The notes below the pieces were generated by a model that did not search any database, was not told the origin of the DNA, and saw only the letters and a program-made list of their open reading frames with translations. A stretch of DNA of 64,000 nt, taken from Deltaproteobacteria bacterium (GTDB taxonomy: Bacteria; Myxococcota; SpSt-1050). Position numbers and translations under genes: made by a program. Every line of letters begins with the position of its first letter. The stretch's first letter is position 1. Location: positions 12,362 through 76,361 of the forward strand of contig JAOAFA010000098.1 in assembly GCA_026416535.1 (NCBI GenBank), read 5' to 3'. Positions 1-8,544 of this stretch are shown here, in pieces.

Positions 1-699
1 AATGATACTACAATCGCCTTGAGAGCAGCCACAAGTGATGGCATTGGGCTTGCCCTCATCTCTGGGACAGGGACAAACTGTATAGGCTTTAATAAAAAAG
101 GCGAGATGGTAAGAATCGGTGGATTAGGTCCTCTTACAGGAGATTATGGTTCAGGCTCAGATATCGCCATGGCGGCGTATCACGCTGCCTTTAAATATAA
201 CGACAAAAGAGGAAAATATACAGTGTTATACGACATGATAAAAAGGCATTTTAATACCCATGATATTGAAGAACTCATTGAACTAACCTACTTTGATTCC
301 TATGACTATCATAAGTTGAATACAATTACCCCCCTTGTATTTAAAGCAGCTCAAATGGGAGATTCTATAGCCAATAAAATATTGATCAATTGTGCCAATG
401 CCCTATCCCATTCAGCTATAACTGCATTAAAGAGGTTATTTAAAAAGGAAGAAAAGATAACAATAGCATTAGGCGGTTCAGTCTTTATCAAACAACCTAA
501 GAGTTTAATGGTTGAGATAATTAGAAAAAAGATAATACATTTGTACCCAAAAGTAAAATTTACTGTCCTCGATACAGAACCTGTAATTGGTGCCTTACTT
601 TTGGCTTATGACAAATTTTATGGCGATGGAAGGGCAAATAGGCTCAAAAGGAATATCAAAGTTGGTATAAAAAAGGCGCTTAAAGGTTATCCAAAATAA
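1..699 (+). CDS. BadF/BadG/BcrA/BcrD-family ATPase, N-acetylglucosamine/N-acetylmuramate kinase-like (5' truncated by window edge)
   Basis: Frame is open from base 1 (NDTTIALRAA). Motifs ISGTGTN, GGLGPLTGDYGSG, LGGSVF and EPVIGA are typical of this ASKHA sugar kinase family. Confidence 0.85.
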   Translation, partial: NDTTIALRAATSDGIGLALISGTGTNCIGFNKKGEMVRIGGLGPLTGDYGSGSDIAMAAYHAAFKYNDKRGKYTVLYDMIKRHFNTHDIEELIELTYFDSYDYHKLNTITPLVFKAAQMGDSIANKILINCANALSHSAITALKRLFKKEEKITIALGGSVFIKQPKSLMVEIIRKKIIHLYPKVKFTVLDTEPVIGALLLAYDKFYGDGRANRLKRNIKVGIKKALKGYPK

Positions 700-1199
700 A
701 GTCTTATTAGTACGTCAGGTTGTAACACCCAGATTAACTCTGCTTTTACAATAGTAGATCCTTTCTTCTCCACATCCACAATAGCCACACCCGCCTTTTT
801 CAAACTAACGATAGGGATATTTTTGTTTGTAACTAATCTTCCTATTAAGTTACCCATTGATGGGTTATGACCAACCATAAAAAGGACACAATCATCTGGT
901 AGTCTCTTAATAAAAGATATCATTTCCCCGGGGTCAGCCTCTGGAGAGAGAAAATCAACAGTCTCTACTTCCCTCTTATAAATTTTTCCAAGAACCTCTG
1001 CTGTTTGCAATGCCCTTAAATAAGGGCTTGAGTAAATCTTGTCAACCTCATTAACTATAATTTTCTTTAGGATTTTTCCAACCCTATTGATATCTTTTAA
1101 TCCCTTTGCAGTAAGAGGTCGTTCCGAATCTTTTTTCTTGGTTTGTGCAAACTTCTTTTTATCCATTGCCAAAGCATGTCTAACAAATAAAACCTTCAT
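687..1199 (-). CDS. sixA: SixA-like phosphohistidine phosphatase (histidine phosphatase superfamily)
   Basis: N-terminal VRHALA, RPLT, SSPYLRALQTA, VGHNP and LKKAG motifs; sits directly after ppk1. Confidence 0.85.
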   Translation of the reverse strand: MKVLFVRHALAMDKKKFAQTKKKDSERPLTAKGLKDINRVGKILKKIIVNEVDKIYSSPYLRALQTAEVLGKIYKREVETVDFLSPEADPGEMISFIKRLPDDCVLFMVGHNPSMGNLIGRLVTNKNIPIVSLKKAGVAIVDVEKKGSTIVKAELIWVLQPDVLIRLYFG

Positions 1200-1228
1200 A
1201 TCAAACCATCCTCTCTAAAAAGGTTCAT

Positions 1229-3298
1229 TTAAAAATCTATTCTCTTTTCTAATATCGTTCCCCTATAAGAACTCTCTGCAAGCGAGACAAATTGGAACTG
1301 AGATCTTATCAATTTCTCACCCTGAGCCGGCCTTATCCTCACATAGCTACCATCTGGTTGTAAAATTCTTGCCTTCACATTGTCAGATAAAGCTGTTTCA
1401 AGAATGACATCTTTTACATATCTCTTTAAGAGTTCATCATAAATTGGAAATGCTATTTCATATCTTTTATAAAAATTTCTAGGCATCCAATCAGCACTAG
1501 ATAGATATATCTTTTCCTCGCCATTAGAGTGAAAATAGAATATCCTTGAATGTTCAAGAAATCTGTCTATGATACTTGATACTCTTATGTTTTCACTAAT
1601 ACCCTTAATATTAGGTTTTAAGCAACACATCCCCCTTACAATCAAAAATATTTTTACACCACTCATGGAGGCATTGTATAGTGCATTAATAGTATCAGGA
1701 TCAACAAGAGAATTCATCTTTGCTATTATAAGCCCATTGCCATATTTTATTTGATTAATTATCTCGTTTCTTATAAGTCGCAATATGGCTGTTCTCAAGT
1801 TAGCAGGGGCAACTAATAAGTGTTTAAAATATGGTAGTTGTTTACCTTGTGCCAATCTGTTAAAATAAACATGAACCTCTTGTCCAATATCCTGATTGGA
1901 TGTTAATAATCCTAAGTCTGTATAAAGCCTCGTCGTAGTCGGATGATAATTGCCTGTCCCCAAATGTGTCAAATATATCGTTTTTTGTCCTCTATGCATC
2001 ACAATTTGAGTTACTTTGCTATGCACCTTGTAGTCCTTTAAGGGCGGAATAACTTTAACCTTTGCACTCTTTAGTTCTTTCATCCATTTGAGGTTTGTTT
2101 TTTCATCAAACCTAGCTTTTATTTCAACATATACATATACATTCTTCCCAGAGTTAGCTGCCTGCTTAAGAAACTCTAGTAGCATTGACTTTTCACCGGC
2201 CCTATATATGACATGAAAAATATCAGTAACATTAGGATCGGTACTCGCTTCCTTGATAAAATTCACAACAATATCAAAAGAATCATAGGGATGGTGCAGT
2301 AATACATCATGTTTTTGAATTAGATCAAGGATCTTTCCGGGTTTATTAAAAGGTGTTGGAATAACTGGGGTAATTTTTGGATACTTCAAATCATCAAATC
2401 CTTCATAATCGAGGACGATACTAAAGGATTTGAGATTTAAGGGCATGCTAAATCTATAAATAGAGATAGAGTCTATTCTGAGTGCTGAGGCTATGAAAAT
2501 AGCACCCTCAGGATATACGGGAGAATCGACTTCAAGCCTTACTACTCGAGGTATCCTCTTACTCTTAATTCCTTTTTCAACAAAATTATCAAGCGACTCT
2601 TCATCAAACTCATAAGATATGTTATGTTCTCTAATAATTTTAAATGGAAATGCCTCGATAATATCCCTCTGAGGAAAAAATTGCCTTATGTGAGAGATGA
2701 TCCACCTCTCAATCAAAACCAAAGATAACCTATACTTTTCATCTTCTACTTTTATTAATCTGTTGTCAGTTGTATCGAATTCTACAATTGCGTATTCCTC
2801 AACAAACCTGACGTATATATATATGGCTTCACTTTTTAACTCTGGTATCGGTTCGTTTAGCTTCCTTATCACTATATTTAGTTTAGGCAACTTTGCCATA
2901 ACCTGTTTATCAATATCATCACTGATAATATCAGGTTCGTAATAAATCATAATACCTTCACTTTTGAGTTTTGACATTATTACATTAAACAACTCTGCCT
3001 GCCGATTTTTTTGCCTCACAACCTCTTCTCTTGCCTGAAATATGACTCTATTTACAGGATATCCATCAGGTAGCCTCTTCGTTGGATATTTCCTAAATAT
3101 CTTTGATAACTCTGCAAACCTGACTTTAAAAAACTCATCAAGGTTAGAACTCACAATTGTCAAGAATCTAAGCCTTTCCAGTAATGGAACAGTGTCATCA
3201 GCCGCCTCTTCTAGTACTCTATTGTTAAAGGAGAGCCAGCTCAAATCTCTGTTAAATAGCAGTTTTATATACTCACCACTCATATGACTACGCTCCAT
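1229..3298 (-). CDS. ppk1: Polyphosphate kinase 1
   Basis: NRDLSWLSFNNRVL, SNLDEFF, LHHPYDSF, KARFDE, KVHSK, GTGNY, FLEHSRI and SADWMPRN motifs. The true start may be ATG 3283 (GGAG upstream). Confidence 0.97.
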   Translation of the reverse strand: MERSHMSGEYIKLLFNRDLSWLSFNNRVLEEAADDTVPLLERLRFLTIVSSNLDEFFKVRFAELSKIFRKYPTKRLPDGYPVNRVIFQAREEVVRQKNRQAELFNVIMSKLKSEGIMIYYEPDIISDDIDKQVMAKLPKLNIVIRKLNEPIPELKSEAIYIYVRFVEEYAIVEFDTTDNRLIKVEDEKYRLSLVLIERWIISHIRQFFPQRDIIEAFPFKIIREHNISYEFDEESLDNFVEKGIKSKRIPRVVRLEVDSPVYPEGAIFIASALRIDSISIYRFSMPLNLKSFSIVLDYEGFDDLKYPKITPVIPTPFNKPGKILDLIQKHDVLLHHPYDSFDIVVNFIKEASTDPNVTDIFHVIYRAGEKSMLLEFLKQAANSGKNVYVYVEIKARFDEKTNLKWMKELKSAKVKVIPPLKDYKVHSKVTQIVMHRGQKTIYLTHLGTGNYHPTTTRLYTDLGLLTSNQDIGQEVHVYFNRLAQGKQLPYFKHLLVAPANLRTAILRLIRNEIINQIKYGNGLIIAKMNSLVDPDTINALYNASMSGVKIFLIVRGMCCLKPNIKGISENIRVSSIIDRFLEHSRIFYFHSNGEEKIYLSSADWMPRNFYKRYEIAFPIYDELLKRYVKDVILETALSDNVKARILQPDGSYVRIRPAQGEKLIRSQFQFVSLAESSYRGTILEKRIDF

Positions 3299-3312
3299 AT
3301 ATACATCAATTT

Positions 3313-3341
3313 TGTTAAAATAGTGTTATATTTCTGTTAAA
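3313..3341 (-). promoter_or_regulatory. Pho-box-like triple direct repeat upstream of ppk1
   Basis: Minus strand reads TTTAACA-gaaa-TATAACA-ctat-TTTAACA: three heptamers at exact 11-bp period in the CYTH-ppk1 spacer. Confidence 0.7.
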
Positions 3342-3346
3342 ACAAG

Positions 3347-4162
3347 CTATTTATTCGGTTTTACAAAATAGCTCATTATTCTATGGTATTTGTCAGATAG
3401 TTCATAGATAAGCTTGAATCTTTTATTCAAATCATCTTCAAATTCAAGTAAGGATTCTATACTCTTTATTTTTAATAACAGTTCATTTTTTCGTGATTTT
3501 ATTTCATTTTCGTACTCATAAAAACTTGACATAGGATGAAAGGAATCTTTGCTTATATGGAAAGCACTTAAAAAATCAAGAGATGGTTCAAGATAAATAT
3601 CATCGCTTATGTCATATTCATATTTTAATTTTTTATAAAAACATATGACAGGGCCTATCTTAATATTCTTAATCGTATCTGCCCCAAGGTGTTTATACAT
3701 AGATCTTCTCATATCCCCATCTACTGCATTCTCTATTATCCACATAAAACTTTTTTCAGTAAAATGAATTAGTTCCCTATGACCCTCTTCTTTTACCAAT
3801 GAGGTAATCTTCTTAGACGAAAACTCAGACCTAAATAATATATTCTTCAATACAAATCCGGGACCTTTATATTGTAGATACACATTTTTACCTCCACCTT
3901 TGTATCTAAGTCTTAAGCTAGCACCCGAACGAAAGACTCGAAAATCCTCGGTATCCAAGAATTGATCTATAAAACTATTAATCTTTATAAGTCTTAGCTT
4001 TTTGCGTTTTTCAAAGAACTTAATTATATCATTATACTCACTTTCGTATAACCTTTTTTTTAATTCTATCTCAACTTTTTTAGAATCCTCAATTCTGAGC
4101 TTCTCCAGAATATAAGTGTTTGTTAAACCCAATAAAAAATCTCCAAATCCACTTGATTTCAT
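3347..4162 (-). CDS. CYTH (triphosphate tunnel metalloenzyme) domain protein
   Basis: ExExK motif (VEIELKK), LRLR, YKGP, RSEF, EYENEIK and terminal KY motif; adjacent to ppk1. Confidence 0.75.
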   Translation of the reverse strand: MKSSGFGDFLLGLTNTYILEKLRIEDSKKVEIELKKRLYESEYNDIIKFFEKRKKLRLIKINSFIDQFLDTEDFRVFRSGASLRLRYKGGGKNVYLQYKGPGFVLKNILFRSEFSSKKITSLVKEEGHRELIHFTEKSFMWIIENAVDGDMRRSMYKHLGADTIKNIKIGPVICFYKKLKYEYDISDDIYLEPSLDFLSAFHISKDSFHPMSSFYEYENEIKSRKNELLLKIKSIESLLEFEDDLNKRFKLIYELSDKYHRIMSYFVKPNK

Positions 4163-4205
4163 AATTTAATTACGGAATATAAATTGACTTTTTTAGGCTT
4201 TTTTG

Positions 4206-4787
4206 TCAAAAGACATATTTTATTGATGGATAAATCATGACCGCTTTAGTATTTATGTTAAGGATATAAGAAAAAGCAAATTCAACACCAAGCCTTAATC
4301 CTTTCCTATAAGAATCATAACCAATACCTGTAGCTAAACCAAAATCTGGCAAAAAAGAACCTTTATTATTTGGTACTGGTGATAACAAAACCCCACCTCC
4401 AAATAACTTTATGGGGATAAAGATATCTGTTCCTGCTGAAATCTTATATTGATAAGCCAGGTTTGTAAAGATAAGGGTAAAATTATCATAATTTACCTTA
4501 TCTTTTTCTAAATCGCCGGTCTTCTTTTCAACTGCATTATTGGAAACCATAGAGGTAGCGAAAGATAGCCCTGCCATACTCGATTTGTTAAACGAGTATC
4601 CTAAAATGAAATTAAAGTAAGGTTCGGAGTTAGAGTAGCTTCTATTCCCACCTATTGTAAAAAACAATCCAGGATTAACTTCACTCATCAACCCTGTATA
4701 TGGCTCTGCGGAATATATATTAAAAGTAAATAAAAAACTTGCGATAAATGTTATAACACCTCCTAATTCCTTTTTTATCTTTACCAT
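4206..4787 (-). CDS. Small outer-membrane beta-barrel, GltH/CglE (NfsH)-like
   Basis: Signal peptide, amphipathic strands and C-terminal IKYVF; lies directly after the gltG-like gene, as gltH does in Myxococcus. Confidence 0.65.
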   Translation of the reverse strand: MVKIKKELGGVITFIASFLFTFNIYSAEPYTGLMSEVNPGLFFTIGGNRSYSNSEPYFNFILGYSFNKSSMAGLSFATSMVSNNAVEKKTGDLEKDKVNYDNFTLIFTNLAYQYKISAGTDIFIPIKLFGGGVLLSPVPNNKGSFLPDFGLATGIGYDSYRKGLRLGVEFAFSYILNINTKAVMIYPSIKYVF

Positions 4788-4811
4788 ATATTTCTCCCTC
4801 TTAATAAAAGG

Positions 4812-6551
4812 TTACTGACCAGCACTTTTAAATATGAACGGATATCTTACTACTACTATACCACCACCTTTAGGAGCAGGAAACATCCACCTTTTTATGT
4901 TTCTAATAATGCAGTCTTCTACGGCAGCATTGTTCATCTCCGTTTGTTCAATCTCAGCCTCAGATACAGAACCATTTGAAGATATTGTGAATTTAACAGC
5001 TATTTTACCATACAAATTAGGATTTTTACTAAGCTCCTTCTCATAGCAATACTTGATCTGTGCCCAATAGCGTTTAATCACTTTAGCAACTACATCTTTA
5101 TCAAGGCCACCCACCATCACGAGTTTTCCTGTGGATACAGCCTCTTCGGACTTGCCTCCTGCACCGAGATTAAAATCTCCGTGAGCTCTCCTACTTTTAC
5201 CTCCCCCAATGCCGATTCCACCGAGTGCCGCTACACCACCTCCCCCACCTCCACCCCTTGAACCCAAACCACCAAGACCCCCAGAATCACCCATCATCGT
5301 TCCGTGTAGGCCACCCAATGCATTATTGATACCAGCCCCTAATCCCGCACCAAATATAGAATTCATAGCGGGATTACCCCCCGCCCCTCTCAAAATCCCC
5401 AATATTCCGGATTTTAGGGCTATCTTCCTGTTTTCTACTCTTCTATTTGGATCAGCAATATTTGGACCCTTTACTGGAGGCCTTTTTTCATCAATTACCT
5501 TGCCAATCTTCTTTTCAGTTATTGCCTTCATCTCAAGTTCCTTCTTTTCAACCTTCTTTGGAGCCTCTTTTACGACAACTTTTGCAAATCTATTTAAACT
5601 CTTTTGCAAATCCTCAGGTGGTGTTGTTAGAGTATCCTTGAAAAATACTACCATGATAAACAAAGTTATTGCCAAGAAGAGGATCGAGGATATCAGCCAT
5701 TGAGCAAACCTATAGTCCATGTTTTTAAGCAAATCTTGCTTGGGCGCGCTCTTGGGATGGACATATCTAATTATAATGTCAATCGGACCATTTTTAAGAA
5801 CTATTACCTCGTTTAGCCTCAATTGAATATTTTTCTTGGTATCAGTCTCCACTCTTTTACCGTCAACGAATTGAATAACATCCCAGTTTTCCGGAACATT
5901 GACAACATGAGAAGAACCCTCAGTAGTTATTAGTTGGAATCTGTCAAATTTTATATATTCCTCTGGTATAACAAAATCATTATCTTCAGATGTCCCTATG
6001 TTAATCTCGGACTTTTTGCCAATGATGGCCACTTCGCCTATTATTCCACCTAACCATCTCACTATTACATCAGGCACTTTATTAATCTCATCAGCCTTAT
6101 CTTCCTCCAGCCTTTTTACAGAGACATACATCTCTAGCGAGTCAGCGGATTTCCTTCTTATCTTCTTCGCCTTCTTTTCTTTATCTTTTATTACTACGTT
6201 TTTGGTCCTATCACTTTTGGCTACTTGCTCAACTCTTTCATCAATAGATGACTTATCCTCAAGAACAAGTCTTATTTCGTACTCACCAATTTTGATTATA
6301 TCATCGTTGCTCAAAGTTTTTTCTCTTACTTTTTCACCATTCACGAAGACACCGCTCTTAGAACCCATATCCATCAAACTGAGATTTCCTTCTTTATTCA
6401 CCCTTATCATACAATGGAGACCACTCACATTCTCGGACTCTAACCTAATATTAGCAGCCGTAGATGAACCAACAATTATACTCTCTTTTTCAAATTCAAA
6501 TATGTCCTCTTTACCATCAGGACTCTTTACCAAAAATCTGTATCTCATCAT
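4812..6551 (-). CDS. gltG: GltG/PglI (NfsG)-like protein: FHA domain, TM helix, Gly-rich linker, TonB-C (AgmX/PglI C-terminal) domain
   Basis: FHA-like N-terminus (VSGLHC, DMGSKSGVFVNG), one TM segment, Gly-rich stretch, C-terminal QIKYCYEKEL...FPAPKGGGIVVVRYPFIF. Confidence 0.85.
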   Translation of the reverse strand: MMRYRFLVKSPDGKEDIFEFEKESIIVGSSTAANIRLESENVSGLHCMIRVNKEGNLSLMDMGSKSGVFVNGEKVREKTLSNDDIIKIGEYEIRLVLEDKSSIDERVEQVAKSDRTKNVVIKDKEKKAKKIRRKSADSLEMYVSVKRLEEDKADEINKVPDVIVRWLGGIIGEVAIIGKKSEINIGTSEDNDFVIPEEYIKFDRFQLITTEGSSHVVNVPENWDVIQFVDGKRVETDTKKNIQLRLNEVIVLKNGPIDIIIRYVHPKSAPKQDLLKNMDYRFAQWLISSILFLAITLFIMVVFFKDTLTTPPEDLQKSLNRFAKVVVKEAPKKVEKKELEMKAITEKKIGKVIDEKRPPVKGPNIADPNRRVENRKIALKSGILGILRGAGGNPAMNSIFGAGLGAGINNALGGLHGTMMGDSGGLGGLGSRGGGGGGGVAALGGIGIGGGKSRRAHGDFNLGAGGKSEEAVSTGKLVMVGGLDKDVVAKVIKRYWAQIKYCYEKELSKNPNLYGKIAVKFTISSNGSVSEAEIEQTEMNNAAVEDCIIRNIKRWMFPAPKGGGIVVVRYPFIFKSAGQ

Positions 6552-6572
6552 AACCTCACTCTTTTATGCGTT

Positions 6573-6830
6573 TTATAGTTTATCTACTGACTTAAAAAGC
6601 TCTGGTTCAAAATTCTCTCTAACCTTTATTAATCTACCAAACTGAGCCTCTTTTCGTGATGAGATATAAGAACCATCTGGTTTCTTTAATTCACCCTGTA
6701 TCGTAACATCAGAAAAGTCAATGATTGTTTTCTGTTTATATACAATCTTATCTCCCGGACCAGGCTCTTGAGCATATACATATGAGGTAAACATTAAGAG
6801 AAGTACAAATAAAGATATAGTTTTCCTCAT
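6573..6830 (-). CDS. gltF: GltF/CglF (NfsF)-like small exported protein
   Basis: Signal peptide plus KTIIDFSDVTIQGELKKPDGSY...LIKVRENFEPELFKSVDKL, the CglF-family signature; between gltE-like and gltG-like genes. Confidence 0.88.
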   Translation of the reverse strand: MRKTISLFVLLLMFTSYVYAQEPGPGDKIVYKQKTIIDFSDVTIQGELKKPDGSYISSRKEAQFGRLIKVRENFEPELFKSVDKL

Positions 6831-6896
6831 AACTACCTCCTATACTAAGCTACATTATACCAAACATTCTAAGAAAATTCCACAAATTCATGACAT

Positions 6897-8522
6897 TCAT
6901 TGTTGACCCTCTTGCTTTTCTTTGCTCTCCTCATTTTTTGAATCTTGCTGCTTGTCTTTTTCTGGCTCTTTTGATTTTTCACTTCCTGAGCTCGCCTTCT
7001 CTTCTTCCTTCTTTTTTGCCTCCTCTAGTAAAGTAGATTTTTTATCCTCTACACTTTTTTTCGTGGTCTCTTCCTCTTCCTTAATCCCTTTTTCCTGCTC
7101 AGCTTTTTTCTTTTCTTCCTCAGCCCGTTTTTTAGTCTCTTCCTCTGCCTTTTTCCTTGCTAATTCCTCTTCCCTAATTTTATCCTCGATAACTTTGAGC
7201 CTAGACTTTACTTCTTTATCATCAGGTTTAATTTTTAAACATTCTAATAGATTATCTCTTGCCTCTTGCAGCTTACCTTCAGAGATTAAAGCTTCTACTT
7301 TCCCAATTAATTCTTTAAACTTTTCTTCCATTTGTCTCTTCTTTTCTTCTTCAGCCTTCTTCTTCGCCTCTTCCTCTTTCATTTTTCTTTCCTGCTCATC
7401 TAACATTCTTTTCTGTATTTCAGCCTGCTTTTTCTGCTCTTCCAGTTTTGCAATCATCGCTATTGCTTTTTGTTTCAAGTCATTATCCTTGGTCGCCGAA
7501 GATACAAACTTTTTGTAAAGCTCAATAGCCTCATCTATCTTTTTTAGATATGTATGATTTACAAATGCCTGATAATAAAATACCTCGTATCTTTTTGGAT
7601 TCAACTTTATTACCTCTTCGAGTTTATTCATTGCCTCCTGAGGTTTCTGCAATCCTATTAAAGAGAGAGCAAGCTGGAAATGGGCATTCTCATTATGTGG
7701 CTCCAATGCCGCAACAACTTTAAAGTGATTAAAAGCTGCATTGTAATCCTTAAAGTGAAGTGCTACGGTTCCGAGATTTTGATGTGCTTCAATATTATTG
7801 GGATCAAGCTCAATTGCCATTCTAAAATATCCCATTGCTGAGACATAATCCTCCATCTTTATAGCTATCATTCCAAGATTGTTTCTAATAGAGGCGTCTT
7901 TGGGATCAAGCTTGCCTGCATTTCCCAATGTCAGTTTTGCAAGTTTATAATTACCCTGGTCATAATAAATTAAAGATAGATTTTTATAAGCCTCAACATT
8001 GTCTGGATCCCTAGATAATAGTTCTCTAATCACTGCCTCTGCCTTTTGATACTCTTTGCTCAAACGATAAAATACTGCTATATTATTTAAAATCTTACTA
8101 TTGTTGGGAAACTTTTTTAGCATTTCATTCAAAAATTTTATTCCTTCACTAAATTTACCTGCCTCTTTGTAAATCAACGCTTTAGCTAGGACAGGCTCTA
8201 TATTCGTTGGATCTACATTAATAGCCTTATCACAATAAGACAGTGCCTCCATGATATTGTCCATCTTAACCTGTATAGCAGCAAGATTTAAATATGCCTT
8301 ATAATTCTTTGGATCCTTCCTAACCACATCAGAAAAGGCTTTCATTGCCTCCGAGTAGTTACCTTGATTATAGAGTTGAACACCTCTTAGAAAATCATCT
8401 TCTGGCGAAGATTCTACAACTTTAATTTGTTTTTCCGTTGGGGCCTCCACTTTCGGTGGCGGGCAGCCATAAATAAAAACTATCAACCCAATTAACAAAC
8501 AATAAAGACTTTTTACTCTCAT
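6897..8522 (-). CDS. gltE: GltE/AglT (NfsE)-like TPR lipoprotein with long charged C-terminal tail
   Basis: Start moved to ATG 8522 (GAGG upstream; lipobox IYGC). Tandem TPRs, then an E/K-rich coiled coil; synteny with gltD and gltF. Confidence 0.75.
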   Translation of the reverse strand: MRVKSLYCLLIGLIVFIYGCPPPKVEAPTEKQIKVVESSPEDDFLRGVQLYNQGNYSEAMKAFSDVVRKDPKNYKAYLNLAAIQVKMDNIMEALSYCDKAINVDPTNIEPVLAKALIYKEAGKFSEGIKFLNEMLKKFPNNSKILNNIAVFYRLSKEYQKAEAVIRELLSRDPDNVEAYKNLSLIYYDQGNYKLAKLTLGNAGKLDPKDASIRNNLGMIAIKMEDYVSAMGYFRMAIELDPNNIEAHQNLGTVALHFKDYNAAFNHFKVVAALEPHNENAHFQLALSLIGLQKPQEAMNKLEEVIKLNPKRYEVFYYQAFVNHTYLKKIDEAIELYKKFVSSATKDNDLKQKAIAMIAKLEEQKKQAEIQKRMLDEQERKMKEEEAKKKAEEEKKRQMEEKFKELIGKVEALISEGKLQEARDNLLECLKIKPDDKEVKSRLKVIEDKIREEELARKKAEEETKKRAEEEKKKAEQEKGIKEEEETTKKSVEDKKSTLLEEAKKKEEEKASSGSEKSKEPEKDKQQDSKNEESKEKQEGQQ

Positions 8523-8544
8523 TATTGAATTACCTCTCATAATT

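Noticed and set aside
5209-7518. Plus-strand ORFs of 164-215 aa (Pro-rich, Ser/Phe-rich) and similar short antisense ORFs across the window
   Set aside because: They are antisense shadows of Gly-rich or Glu/Lys-rich real genes, with no motifs of their own.
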